64,000 nucleotides of DNA, taken from an uncultured bacterium (GTDB lineage: Bacteria > Patescibacteriota > Patescibacteriia > Patescibacteriales > UBA12465). This document shows positions 54,744-64,000 of the stretch, piece after piece. The first letter of the stretch is position 1. Each line of letters begins with the position of its first letter. The stretch is taken from the NCBI GenBank assembly GCA_942492765.1, contig OW818634.1:601159-665158 (forward strand), read 5' to 3'. Below the pieces are notes generated by a model. That model was not told the origin of the DNA. It did no database searches and was given only the letters and a program-made list of their open reading frames with translations. A program made the translations under genes and the position numbers.

Positions 54744-56171
54744 CTATGGGATAGAGCGGTCGCCGATATAATTATGCGGCGTGATAGCTTTCAATTCTTC
54801 CACTACTTTCGGTCTCAGGTTGAACTGGACTGCTGCTTGGTCGATAAAGCTAAGGAGATCTTCTCTGGTGACAGTCAGATTCTTAGTCGCCGCAGCCATA
54901 AGCTCGTAAGCTTCTTCGATGCCTTCTCTCTTTAGAATGATCTGATAGGCTTCGCCAATCACTTCCCAGTGGCTGTCGAGCTCTTCGTAAATTCTTTGAT
55001 GATTCAAGGATAATCTCTTTATGCCGGCCATCAAGGCCTTGATAGCTATCAGGTTCGCTCCGAAAGCTGTGCCGAAATATCTGATGACGGTCGAATCGGA
55101 CAAGTCTCGCTGGAAGCGAGAGATTGGCAGCTTGTCGGCGAAATGCGTGAATAAGGCATTGGCAACGCCGAGATTGCCTTCCGCATTTTCGAAATTGATC
55201 GGATTGATCTTATGCGGCATGGTTGAAGACCCGACTTCTCCGGCAACTTTTTCTTGAACGAAATCGCCGCGGGAAATATATCCCCACATGTCTTTAGCAA
55301 AATCTATCAGGCCGGTGTTGATTTCTTTCAATCGATTGAACAGCTTGGCGTAAGTGTCGTGCGGTTCGATCTGGTCGGTAATACCGTTATAGACGAATTC
55401 TACGTGGCCAGTCGTGTTCAGATTGAATCCTTCAATAAACAGCTTCGAGAAGCTCTGCCAATTTGTCTTGGGATAAGCGACGTTAAGAGCGTTATGTCCT
55501 CCGGTCGCTCCGCCCCATTTTATCAGCAGCTTGAAATCCTCTATATCTTTGAGATTCTTTCTTAAGCGTTCGGCGAAGACCAACATTTCCCATTCTAAGG
55601 TCGTCGGCGAGGCCGGCTGACCGTGAGTCAGAGCCAATAAAGGTACGTTGTGCCCCTTCACCGCAAAAGAAAACGTCTGCGTATGCAGTTTTTGGAAATT
55701 GTCATATAACAGATCAACGCCATCGCGCAAGCCGAATCCGAAAGCCAGGTTGTTGACGTCTTCCGATGTCAGTCCTAAATGCACGAATCTCTTGAGATCT
55801 TCGACAGAAGTGTGCATCAATTTTTTCTTGATGAAGTATTCGACTGCTTTGACGTCATGATTGGTCGTGCTTTCCAATTCCTTTATTTCCAAGTAGCTGT
55901 CATAAGAGAAGCCGATGTAAATGTCTCGCAAGAACATCTTGTCATGTGTAGTTAACTCCCTTATGATGATTTCTTGAGGATTAAGTTGGTAATTAGTAAT
56001 TTCATCCAAAGCGATCAGCCATTCTATTTCCGCCGTGACGCGATAACGCATCAAGGCGAATTCGCTGAATATGTCCGACAATTCTTTTGTCTTTCCGTAG
56101 TAGCGTCCGTCGATAGGAGAGATGGCCCTGCCTGGGCTTAAAGGGAATTCTTGCTTGTTCTGTTTTTCCAT
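54744..56171 (-). CDS. purB: Adenylosuccinate lyase
   Basis: AISPIDGRY N-terminus and fumarate-lyase signature GSSTMPHKINP. Confidence 0.9.
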   Translation of the reverse strand: MEKQNKQEFPLSPGRAISPIDGRYYGKTKELSDIFSEFALMRYRVTAEIEWLIALDEITNYQLNPQEIIIRELTTHDKMFLRDIYIGFSYDSYLEIKELESTTNHDVKAVEYFIKKKLMHTSVEDLKRFVHLGLTSEDVNNLAFGFGLRDGVDLLYDNFQKLHTQTFSFAVKGHNVPLLALTHGQPASPTTLEWEMLVFAERLRKNLKDIEDFKLLIKWGGATGGHNALNVAYPKTNWQSFSKLFIEGFNLNTTGHVEFVYNGITDQIEPHDTYAKLFNRLKEINTGLIDFAKDMWGYISRGDFVQEKVAGEVGSSTMPHKINPINFENAEGNLGVANALFTHFADKLPISRFQRDLSDSTVIRYFGTAFGANLIAIKALMAGIKRLSLNHQRIYEELDSHWEVIGEAYQIILKREGIEEAYELMAAATKNLTVTREDLLSFIDQAAVQFNLRPKVVEELKAITPHNYIGDRSIP

Positions 56172-56260
56172 TTTTCTATAGTATTAAGTTATTAAAGTTC
56201 AAAAATTATCTAGGAAACTTATCATTAAAAGGCTGATAAGTCAAGACTCCCGAAAAACAA

Positions 56261-56286
56261 AAAAGACAGGCGCGGGCCTGTCTTTT
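56261..56286 (-). terminator. Intrinsic terminator after gpmI
   Basis: aaaagacaggc-gcgg-gcctgtctttt. Confidence 0.75.
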
Positions 56287-56300
56287 GTCTATATATTTGC

Positions 56301-57815
56301 TTAGAAAATCGCTGATCCCTCCATCTCTTTCGGTTTCTTGATGCCCATTATCTTCAAGACCGTCGGCGCAATATCCTGCAAGCCGATATTCTTCTTGACC
56401 CTTATCTTTCTAAGACTCTCGTCGCTTGAGACTACCATTAGCGGGACGGGGTTGATGGTGTGGCTAGTGGCGAATTTAGGCGTCTTATCTTCAGCATTGC
56501 CGTGATCGGCAAATATCAAGCTGGTATAGCCGTTAGCTAATCCGGCGTTCACTATTTCTCCAGTGGCCTTATCGACAGCTTCTAAGCCCTTAATGATGGC
56601 CGAGGCCTTGCCAGTATGTCCGACCATGTCGCCATTGACTAGGTTAATTACTGCGAAGTCGTATTTTTTCTTTTTCAACTCTGTGACCAAGCGCTTGGCG
56701 ATAGCTGGCGCGCTCATTTCCGGCTTAAGGTCATAAGTCGCGACGTGCGGTGATCTTATCAATATCCGATTCTCCCCCGAATATGGAGTTTCTTTCTGCC
56801 CATTGAAGAAGAAGGTTACATGGGCATATTTCTCGGTTTCGCTGATGCGCAGTTGCCTGTATTTATGATCAGATATGACTTCGCCGAGCAGATGTTTCAG
56901 GGCTATGTCGGGAAAAGCGGCCGGCGCCTTCATCGGTCGATAATATTCAGTCATGGCGACGAATTTTACTGGAATCAATTGGCGTTTGAAACCGATAAAT
57001 TTATCTTCAATGATAGCTTGTGTCAATTGTCTCGGCCGGTCAGTTCGGAAATTGAAAAAGATGACGCCGTCATTTTTTTGGAATCCTTCATATCCGCAGT
57101 CATGTCCCGGTTTTATGAATTCATCCCCGACTCCTTGGCTATGAGATTGCTTTATATAAGAAGAGGCAGACGAGAAAGCTTCTCCCTGGCCGAGAGCGAT
57201 GCAATCATAGGCTAGTTTAGTGCGATTCCAGCGCTTGTCGCGATCCATGGCATAATAACGGCCGCTGACAGTAGCGATTTTGCCAAAGCCGACCAATTTT
57301 AATTTTTTCTCTAAAGCTTTGAGATGTTTCAGGCTCTCGGTTATCGGCGCGTCCCGGCCATCGGTGATGACGTGGATAAGGACATTATTGAATTTTTTTT
57401 TCGAGCACAAATCAAGGAGGGCGAAAAGATGATTAATGTGGCTATGGACGCCTTGATTTTGGAGCAAGCCGATGAGGTGAAGGGAAGTGTTCTTCTTTTT
57501 GCAGCTGTCGATGACGTCCAAGAATGCCGTATTCTTGAAGAATTTTCCAGTAGCGATTGCGGCATCGATGCGCATCATAGTCTGAAAGATGATGCGGCCG
57601 CTGCCGATAGTGATATGGCCCACTTCGGAGTTTCCTTGATAGCCGGCCGGAAGGCCGACGGCTGGACCGCTGCATTGTAATAAGCCGTGCGGATAATTCT
57701 GCCAATAGTAATCATTATTCTTGACGTCGGCCTGAGCGATAGCGTTCTTATTCTTATCAGCTCGATAGCCCCAGCCGTCGCGGATTATCAAGATGACAGG
57801 ATTCTTAGTTTTCAT
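56301..57815 (-). CDS. gpmI: 2,3-bisphosphoglycerate-independent phosphoglycerate mutase
   Basis: ILIIRDGWG, NSEVGHITIGSGR, GDMVGHTG, ADHGNAE. Confidence 0.9.
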   Translation of the reverse strand: MKTKNPVILIIRDGWGYRADKNKNAIAQADVKNNDYYWQNYPHGLLQCSGPAVGLPAGYQGNSEVGHITIGSGRIIFQTMMRIDAAIATGKFFKNTAFLDVIDSCKKKNTSLHLIGLLQNQGVHSHINHLFALLDLCSKKKFNNVLIHVITDGRDAPITESLKHLKALEKKLKLVGFGKIATVSGRYYAMDRDKRWNRTKLAYDCIALGQGEAFSSASSYIKQSHSQGVGDEFIKPGHDCGYEGFQKNDGVIFFNFRTDRPRQLTQAIIEDKFIGFKRQLIPVKFVAMTEYYRPMKAPAAFPDIALKHLLGEVISDHKYRQLRISETEKYAHVTFFFNGQKETPYSGENRILIRSPHVATYDLKPEMSAPAIAKRLVTELKKKKYDFAVINLVNGDMVGHTGKASAIIKGLEAVDKATGEIVNAGLANGYTSLIFADHGNAEDKTPKFATSHTINPVPLMVVSSDESLRKIRVKKNIGLQDIAPTVLKIMGIKKPKEMEGSAIF

Positions 57816-57819
57816 ATTT

Positions 57820-58800
57820 TTATCTTTCGAATTTTAAATGATATTCTTTGGGTGCGGATTCGCGCTCGACCGTCTCTTTCCACTCCGGGTCTAGGTCCGA
57901 GACTCTCTTGATTTCTCCCTCGTGCCGGCAGAGCGGATCCACTATCCTTGATTTGCAGAAGACGACAGCGTCATAGTCATCGGGATCATCCTTGAATCCG
58001 ATTTCACGGTTCATTCGTTCGAATAATGATTTTAATTCAGAGTCCGCTCGCAGATATGGCGCTATCTTCTTCAATATTTCGTCATCAGTGGTGTATAGGT
58101 CATCCTTGGCAATATACTCCTTCGCTAGAGCCATGTTCAGATAATCTCCGGTCGTCCTGTTATTAGCGGCCGCTAGGATATTGGCGTAATAATCCTTATT
58201 CAGGCGTAGAAATAGATCGGCGTATGCTTTAGCGCTGGCCAGATTTTTGAAGATCCAGCGCCCATTTTCGACCGTCAAATTATCAAGAAAATATTTTGCA
58301 TCCCCTATCTCTTTGAATATCACCGCGTCCCTGATCGAATAATCTATCCGATCGGCGCAGAGATCCGGCAATCTGGTTTCTTTGAGCGGAAAGTTCTTGT
58401 CATCAAGGATGAAATCAAGGTCGATATTATATTTTTTAAGGATTTTAGGGATTTCTGATGTTCTGATGAAACTATCGAAGATGCTATCTTGGTGATTCTG
58501 CTCTTTCTCTGACCCAAGCTCTTCCACGTAATCGATCGCATGAGAGAAGGCAGCGTGAGAGGCGTCATGAATCAGTCCGGCAATCTGTTCTTCCAGGGAA
58601 GCTTGATTATTTCTGAGCAGGAGACAGACGCCAACCGAGTGGCTGAATCGGGAATGATCGTGGCCGGAAAAGATATCGTAATAGCCAGCCTGGTTTATCT
58701 TTTTCAGTCTTTGGATGGTCGGACAGGCGATCAGCTCCAGTATAACTGGTTCATCTATCTCAATATTGCCGTATAGCCTGTCTTGGTAAAGCATAATCAA
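57820..58800 (-). CDS. HD-domain phosphohydrolase
   Basis: HSRFSHSVGV and GLIHDASHAAFSH (H..HD..D pattern). The likely true start is the ATG two codons in. Confidence 0.7.
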   Translation of the reverse strand: MIMLYQDRLYGNIEIDEPVILELIACPTIQRLKKINQAGYYDIFSGHDHSRFSHSVGVCLLLRNNQASLEEQIAGLIHDASHAAFSHAIDYVEELGSEKEQNHQDSIFDSFIRTSEIPKILKKYNIDLDFILDDKNFPLKETRLPDLCADRIDYSIRDAVIFKEIGDAKYFLDNLTVENGRWIFKNLASAKAYADLFLRLNKDYYANILAAANNRTTGDYLNMALAKEYIAKDDLYTTDDEILKKIAPYLRADSELKSLFERMNREIGFKDDPDDYDAVVFCKSRIVDPLCRHEGEIKRVSDLDPEWKETVERESAPKEYHLKFER

Positions 58801-58821
58801 TTATTCAGTCTTCCGATCTTG

Positions 58822-58909
58822 CGGAGACGAGAGGATTCGAACCCCTGATACCCTTTCGGGTATACCGCATTTCGAGTGCGGCGCATTCAACCAGCTCTGC
58901 CACGTCTCC
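58822..58909 (-). tRNA. tRNA-Ser (anticodon CGA), long variable arm
   Basis: Acceptor GGAGACG/CGTCTCC, anticodon stem CCGCA/TGCGG, loop CTCGAAA, variable hairpin GTATACCCGAAAGGGTATC. Trailer CAA. Confidence 0.9.
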
Positions 58910-58922
58910 TTTTAGATGCTGA

Positions 58923-59237
58923 TTATCTCATCAGCATCATGGTCAATAATACCAGAATCAATAATACGAATAAGCTTAGGCCGGTATAGACCAGGAGCTT
59001 TACGCCTTCTTTTTTCTGACCGTCCAGATATAGCATGATCGGTCGGCCCAAGACTAGTCCGCTAGTCACTAAGGCGGAGAGGACGAATAACAGCAGGACG
59101 GCGACGGGCGTGACGGCGGTATCTTTTTCTCCGAAGATCTTCGAGCCGTGATTCATTATCAGCGACACTAGAAAGACATAGACGCCGACGCCTAAGGAAT
59201 TAAGGATCGCCAGCATTATCAATTTTGAATTTTTCAT
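58923..59237 (-). CDS. Hypothetical membrane protein (3 TM)
   Basis: Hydrophobic 104-aa ORF. Confidence 0.45.
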   Translation of the reverse strand: MKNSKLIMLAILNSLGVGVYVFLVSLIMNHGSKIFGEKDTAVTPVAVLLLFVLSALVTSGLVLGRPIMLYLDGQKKEGVKLLVYTGLSLFVLLILVLLTMMLMR

Positions 59238-59261
59238 ATTATTTTTTATATTAATTTTTTT

Positions 59262-60014
59262 TTACTCTCTTTTTATTGGGCGGCGTTTCGGTTTTTCGTC
59301 TTTCTCGGTTAAGCGCTTCAATTTTTCAACCTCTTCCTTGCTGAGGTAGGCCCAAGTCCCTTCTTTCAGTATCCCTATGCCTAAGCCGGCTAGGCCGATT
59401 CTCTGGAGATCAATGACTTTAAGGCCGATCCAATCGAACATGCGCCTGATCTGGCGCTTCTTTCCTTCCGTTAAGGTTATTATAAAAACCCGATCTTGTA
59501 AATATTTGACGCTCTTGATTCTGGCGGTGCCGTCGCCCTCGCCGATGTCGATGCCTTTCATGAGCTTGTTCATTACCGCTTGCGGGCTCTTAACTTCCTC
59601 GCGGACTTTGACCTCATACATCTTCTCGTGCTGGAAGCGGGGATGGGCTAAGCGCTGGGCTAGATCACCGTCGTTAGTCAATAAGACTAAGCCGTGGCTG
59701 TCTTTGTCTAGGCGTCCGACTGCAAACAGGCGCTCAGGAATATCGATCAGATCGAAGATGTTCTTTTCGCTCTTGAAACTCTTATTAGTGCAGGTATAGT
59801 CCAGTGGCTTATTGAGTTTGATATAGATTTTCTTTTCCGGGCCGGGCAGGCTTTTCCCCTTGATAGTGATATTGTCTTTTTCCGGGTCAGCTTGGTCGCC
59901 GATAGTCGCCATTTCGCCATTAACGCGGACGAAGCCGGCGCGTATCAGCTCGTCAGCTTTGCGCCGGGAACAATATCCGCTCGTGGCGATCGCTTTTTGC
60001 AGGATCATTTTCAT
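59262..60014 (-). CDS. RsuA/RluB-family pseudouridine synthase
   Basis: S4 domain N-terminus, catalytic GRLDKDSHGLVLLTNDG, and EGKKRQIRRM. Confidence 0.9.
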   Translation of the reverse strand: MKMILQKAIATSGYCSRRKADELIRAGFVRVNGEMATIGDQADPEKDNITIKGKSLPGPEKKIYIKLNKPLDYTCTNKSFKSEKNIFDLIDIPERLFAVGRLDKDSHGLVLLTNDGDLAQRLAHPRFQHEKMYEVKVREEVKSPQAVMNKLMKGIDIGEGDGTARIKSVKYLQDRVFIITLTEGKKRQIRRMFDWIGLKVIDLQRIGLAGLGIGILKEGTWAYLSKEEVEKLKRLTEKDEKPKRRPIKRE

Positions 60015-60015
60015 A

Positions 60016-61413
60016 TTATTTTTTGTTCGTTCGATGAATTAGGTTTAGGGCCGCGCCCAAGGCGAGCATTACCCAGAACATGGCTGCTAGGTCATTCTTG
60101 AAATAGGGGACATCTACCGATCCGTGGATGATAATAGCGATCATGGCCGCGAATAATCCGAGAGCGATATATTTATCCGTATCTTGGTCGCGCTTCAATC
60201 TCAGACCTAAGTTTAAAGAGATGAAGAGATATTTTCCTATTATCCAACTGAAGAGCAGGGCTCCTGCTAGACCCAGTTCGCTCCAGAAATTCAGAAAGAT
60301 ATTATGGGGATAGAGATAAATTTCCGTCGGCTGCCAATATTTAGCGCGCATCTCGGCGCTAGAGCGCAACTGAGCGTCAAAGTTCGGCAGATTATCGCTA
60401 TTATAGAAAATGCCTTCTTGATGATATGGCTTGATGGCTGCCTGGTAACCGCTTAATCCGGTGCCGCTAATGAGGCGGGAATCACCCAGCATCTTTAGGG
60501 TTTCTTTCCATTGCTGCTTGCGGATGTTGCCGGACAAATCGCTTAGAGTCGCTTTCTCAATAATCAGGTTTCGCGCCGGAGCATAAGCATAAGCGCCGAT
60601 GCCGATAAGCAGAGTCAATCCGAGGACGGCTATCCGAGATTTTTGGCTGGCGAATAACCCGAAGACGAAGAACCCGGCTGCCAGCCCGACCAAGGCCCCT
60701 TCTGATTTAGCGAAATAGATCGCTAAGATAGAAGTAGCGATAGTGATAGTCAAGAATATTTTTTTTGGCCGGTCGTGAAACAATATCCCGTCCTGCCAAT
60801 CTAGAGAAGCTAGCCAGCCGCTCAAGATCAGGATCGGTGGAGCGAGATATAGGCCGACGGCATTAGGATAACCAAAGAAAGAGACGACGCGGCGAGTGGC
60901 GGCGTCTGCCCAGAAAGGATTAGCAATGAATGATCCAGTAATCTGTTGAAAAATCGCGAAGAAGGAAACAACAGCGGCCGAGATCGCGAAAGCGCCCAGT
61001 ATCTTCAGCCAGTCCTTCCTTTCCTTGAAGACATTGAACAATAAGATGAAAAGCAGCGCCGGCTCGAAGAAATAAGCTTTCCAGATTCCTAAAGCGCTAG
61101 CGCTCCAGCCAGCCGTTCCGACGGCGTAAAGGGAAATGAGCAACAACAAAATTATCTCTATTGAGTAGGGATAATTCATCCGAGCGCCTTTATCTCTCAT
61201 GAGCTTTTTGAATCCGGGGATGAAGAACTTGAAGAACCAAGCGCCAAAAGCGATGAGGATCATCGTTTCGAGGAAAGTCAAAGGCAGTCCGAAGAGGCTG
61301 AAGCGGATAAGATAGGTCGGCAGGGCGGCAATAATAACCAAAACTGCCCAGTCCAGCCGGGTTAGAGCTAGTCCTAGGAACACGATCGCGGCAATGATGA
61401 TCATTAAGTTCAT
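60016..61413 (-). CDS. O-antigen ligase/Wzy_C-domain family membrane protein
   Basis: 465 aa, polytopic, with the characteristic ..YPHNIFLNFWSELGLAGALLF.. block after a large external loop. Confidence 0.65.
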   Translation of the reverse strand: MNLMIIIAAIVFLGLALTRLDWAVLVIIAALPTYLIRFSLFGLPLTFLETMILIAFGAWFFKFFIPGFKKLMRDKGARMNYPYSIEIILLLLISLYAVGTAGWSASALGIWKAYFFEPALLFILLFNVFKERKDWLKILGAFAISAAVVSFFAIFQQITGSFIANPFWADAATRRVVSFFGYPNAVGLYLAPPILILSGWLASLDWQDGILFHDRPKKIFLTITIATSILAIYFAKSEGALVGLAAGFFVFGLFASQKSRIAVLGLTLLIGIGAYAYAPARNLIIEKATLSDLSGNIRKQQWKETLKMLGDSRLISGTGLSGYQAAIKPYHQEGIFYNSDNLPNFDAQLRSSAEMRAKYWQPTEIYLYPHNIFLNFWSELGLAGALLFSWIIGKYLFISLNLGLRLKRDQDTDKYIALGLFAAMIAIIIHGSVDVPYFKNDLAAMFWVMLALGAALNLIHRTNKK

Positions 61414-61464
61414 ATACGGTCATTATATCATCAGGAGCTCAAACAAACAAAAGCTGCCTGACTA

Positions 61465-61495
61465 AAAAACCGCTCCCGTTCGGGAGCAGTTTTTA
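61465..61495 (-). terminator. Intrinsic terminator after efp
   Basis: aaaaaccgctccc-gttc-gggagcagttttt. Confidence 0.75.
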
Positions 61496-61502
61496 GGTAT
61501 TA

Positions 61503-62063
61503 TTAATTGGCTCTTTCAACGTATTCTCCGGTATCAGTATTGATACGGATCATGTCGCCTTCATCGATGAACATCGGGACGTTGATCTTGGCGCCAGTCT
61601 CTATTTCCACCTGTTTATTGACGTTGCCGGCGGAATTGCCTTTTACTCCCGGAGGAGCGCTGACGACTTTGAAATCCATCTTGATAGGCAGGCTGATAGA
61701 AACCGGGCGGCTCTCGAAGTATAAGACATCGACATCGACGCCGTCTTTCAAGAATTGCGCCGGCTCGCCGATCTCTTCTAAGGGCAGATTGAATTGCTCA
61801 AAACTGACGTTATCCATGAAATAAGCTTCATCCTTATCCTTATACATGAAATTAGCTTTCTTGGTCTCGGTTTCCGCTTCCTCAGCTTTTTCTGCTCCCT
61901 GATAAGTCCTCTCGAGGATATTGCCGTTGATGAGATTGCGGCATTTTATCTTCAAGACCGCGCCGCCGCGACCCATCTTATGGTGATCGGTCTTAATGAT
62001 GATGAACGGCTCGCTGTTGACTTTAATGACCTTCCCGGTCTTGATTTCGTTAAAATTCAACAT
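61503..62063 (-). CDS. efp: Elongation factor P
   Basis: FNEIKTGKVIKVNSEPFIIIKTDHHKMGRGGAVLKIKCRNL; three-domain length. Confidence 0.95.
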   Translation of the reverse strand: MLNFNEIKTGKVIKVNSEPFIIIKTDHHKMGRGGAVLKIKCRNLINGNILERTYQGAEKAEEAETETKKANFMYKDKDEAYFMDNVSFEQFNLPLEEIGEPAQFLKDGVDVDVLYFESRPVSISLPIKMDFKVVSAPPGVKGNSAGNVNKQVEIETGAKINVPMFIDEGDMIRINTDTGEYVERAN

Positions 62064-62080
62064 AAGTTTTAGAAGCTAGA

Positions 62081-62293
62081 TTATTTATGAGTCGCGGACA
62101 AGAGCGCCATGACGCGGGAACGCTTGACGGCTTCGGATAATTTCCTCTGATGCCAAGCGCAGACGCCGGTGCGGGCGCCCGGAAGTATTTTCATATAGAA
62201 GTTGACGAAGCGGCGCAAAGTGCGGGTATCCTTATAGTCGACTTCAAGGTTGTTGACGCAGAAATAGCATTCTTTGATTTTTTTGTTAGTCAT
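62081..62293 (-). CDS. rpsR: 30S ribosomal protein S18
   Basis: CYFC....VDYKD...LRRF......ILP.R.TG.CA.HQR.L..A.KR.R. Confidence 0.95.
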   Translation of the reverse strand: MTNKKIKECYFCVNNLEVDYKDTRTLRRFVNFYMKILPGARTGVCAWHQRKLSEAVKRSRVMALLSATHK

Positions 62294-62309
62294 AATTTTA
62301 TTATTTTAT

Positions 62310-62762
62310 TTAGAAGGGGATATTCTCGACGCGGATCTCCTCGTCGTCCATCGGTTCTTCCGGAATCTCGATCACCGGTTCGCTGGCGTTATTGCTGGCT
62401 CTCGGAGCGCTGAAATTTCCCTCAGCCGATCCGCCTTTGGCATCCAGCATGATCATATTCTCGGCGACAATCTCCGTGCGGTAGCGCTTGACGCCGTCCT
62501 GTCCGGTCCAATCAGTCGTCTGCAGTCTGCCTTCGATATAGACTTTAGAGCCCTTATGGAGATATTTGGAACAGATTTCCGCGAGTTTACGCCAGGCGAT
62601 GATATTATGGAACTCGGTCTTCTTCTGCTGCTGGCCGCTCTGATCAGTCCAGACTAAATTAGTCGCGACTGAAAACGAAGCGACGCTTTGGCCGGAAGGA
62701 GTATTTCTTAATTCCGGGTCACGGGTCAGATTCCCGATAATCATGGCTTTGTTTAAGTTCAT
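62310..62762 (-). CDS. ssb: Single-stranded DNA-binding protein
   Basis: MNLNKAMIIGNLTRDPELR OB-fold N-terminus and acidic tail DDEEIRVENIPF. Confidence 0.95.
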   Translation of the reverse strand: MNLNKAMIIGNLTRDPELRNTPSGQSVASFSVATNLVWTDQSGQQQKKTEFHNIIAWRKLAEICSKYLHKGSKVYIEGRLQTTDWTGQDGVKRYRTEIVAENMIMLDAKGGSAEGNFSAPRASNNASEPVIEIPEEPMDDEEIRVENIPF

Positions 62763-62797
62763 ATTTTTGGACTAGTCCTCGAGCGAGGACTAAATTA

Positions 62798-63319
62798 TTA
62801 AATTAAATCCTTGGCATTCAAGATGCCCTCTAATTTTTCGTCCAAATCTTTCAGCTCCGCCCTCTTATCACCCTTATCGCTGGCCTTGGAAGCGGCTGGA
62901 GACGGGGACGCGGTTTTCATTTTTTCTTCCTGCTTCTTGCTGTCAGCGGCCTTCTTAGAATCGATCTTCGCGCGGATCTTAGCTTCCTTAGCGAGCGCTT
63001 CGGCAGATTTCGCCTTCTTGACGACGATCTGATGGCGCAAGACATCGGCGGATAAGCGGAGAGCGGTATCGATCTTAGCCAGATTTTTCCCTTCTAGATC
63101 AAATTCAAACAAGCTGTAATACCCGAAGGCATTATGTTTAATCTCGTAAGCCAGGCGCTTCTTGCCCCAGTACTCGCGTAAAGTGACATTGCCGCCGTTG
63201 TCGGCGATGATCTTCTCGACGCTAGCGCTGACGGTCTTAGCTTCATCGTCCGTGAATCTGTTCGGGAGAATGAAGAGCACCTCGTAGTGGGTTGCCCCAG
63301 TTGTTTTGGTTTTTGACAT
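62798..63319 (-). CDS. rpsF: 30S ribosomal protein S6 with a long K/A/E-rich C-terminal extension
   Basis: Start set at MSKTKTTGATHYEVLFILP (ATG 63319). S6 core YEVLFIL...GG.V......WGKRRLAYEI; rpsF-ssb-rpsR order. Confidence 0.9.
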   Translation of the reverse strand: MSKTKTTGATHYEVLFILPNRFTDDEAKTVSASVEKIIADNGGNVTLREYWGKKRLAYEIKHNAFGYYSLFEFDLEGKNLAKIDTALRLSADVLRHQIVVKKAKSAEALAKEAKIRAKIDSKKAADSKKQEEKMKTASPSPAASKASDKGDKRAELKDLDEKLEGILNAKDLI

Positions 63320-63605
63320 AGTTATTATAGTCTTAGGCTCTTGAAAATTATTTAAAGTTTTTCTAAATAATCTTTTCAAACCCGTTATTAAATAAAATCC
63401 CAAGTATTCTTGATAACTTGGGTTAAGAAGAATACCTTTAATTCCGTCTATTATTAGCGGAATTATCTCGGCACTCAGGCCGGGATATGGGAAAGATATT
63501 AGTAAATATTAACTTGATGGCTTTAATTTATCATAAAGCCGCTAAAATTACAAGAGCGGGCAAGAGCGGCTATACTTATTCTTAAAACTATTATATTGTT
63601 ATATT

Positions 63606-64000
63606 ATGAAATATTTCTTCGTTCTCGGAACTAATTCCGCTCTGTCGGCTGCCGAACTGGCGGCCGTGATAGACTTTAGCGAGCCGCGCCTTCTGGCAGC
63701 GGATTTTTTAGTCGTTGATTCGCCGCGGGAGATAAATGCTGAGAATCTGATTAGGCGCTTGGGAGGGACTATCAAGATCGGTCGAATCGAAGCGGAAATA
63801 AAATCCGGGGATGATAAGAATCTGGAAGCGCAGCTAAGAAAGATGGCACTGGCGCGCCGCCAGTCCGGAAACGGCAGTAAATTCAATTTCGGTTTCTCTG
63901 ATTACGGGAAGAGAGCGTTTAATAAGAAAGACCTGGGTTTGAAATTGAAAAAATATTTTAGCGAAGAGAATATCAGTTCGCGTTTTGTCATCAGCCGGGA
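63606..64000 (+). CDS. Hypothetical protein, N-terminal fragment running off the window (possibly the N-terminal domain of an RNA methyltransferase)
   Basis: Open frame from ATG 63606 to the window end. MKYFFVLGTNSALSAAELAAV resembles the N-termini of TRM11/THUMP-like methylases; the resemblance is weak. The antisense 63599-63886 ORF is rejected. Confidence 0.45.
   Translation, partial: MKYFFVLGTNSALSAAELAAVIDFSEPRLLAADFLVVDSPREINAENLIRRLGGTIKIGRIEAEIKSGDDKNLEAQLRKMALARRQSGNGSKFNFGFSDYGKRAFNKKDLGLKLKKYFSEENISSRFVISR

Noticed and set aside
63599-63886. 95-aa minus-strand ORF near the window end.
   Set aside because: It is antisense to a plus-strand frame that is open from ATG 63606 to the window end and has a more protein-like composition.

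Overview
This is a densely coding 64 kb chromosomal window. It reads like a small-genome, CPR/Patescibacteria-type bacterium; that placement is my inference from gene content, a lone 16S gene and VirB2-like pilin arrays. No taxonomy search was possible. Most of the window is housekeeping: pheT (3' end), topA, dprA, pth, der, trpS, infC-rpmI-rplT-secG, RNase J, trxB, lgt, ppsA, comM/yifB, smc, rplS, lspA, purB, gpmI, efp and rpsF-ssb-rpsR. There are also 12 tRNA genes and one 16S rRNA gene with no linked 23S or 5S.

Observations worth a second look:
1. A tight tandem array of six paralogous TrbC/VirB2-like small membrane proteins lies at 32377-34905, with a seventh divergent copy at 39458-39871. 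No T4SS ATPase or channel genes are in the window.
2. The array is divergently paired with a polytopic membrane protein plus a GT2 polyprenol-phosphate glycosyltransferase.
3. The SMC protein has canonical head domains but no recognisable hinge. A Gly4 turn sits at the midpoint, and each coiled-coil arm carries a matched duplication of about 90 aa.
4. A family of perfect TGTTCC-N4-GGAACA palindromes brackets an AT-rich ORFan between two tRNA genes.
5. A promoter-to-terminator unit at about 17500-17650 looks like an unclassified structured small RNA.
6. A decayed tRNA-Val 3' duplicate sits next to an accessory-looking cluster. That cluster holds a FISH-domain lipoprotein, a Cys/Asp-rich secreted protein, a CarS-like membrane enzyme and two flanking paralogs.
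7. Two CDSs start 2 and 7 nt after a tRNA 3' end.

I saw no CRISPR array, integrase, transposase or prophage genes. All calls come from reading the sequence and ORF translations by eye. No database search was run.
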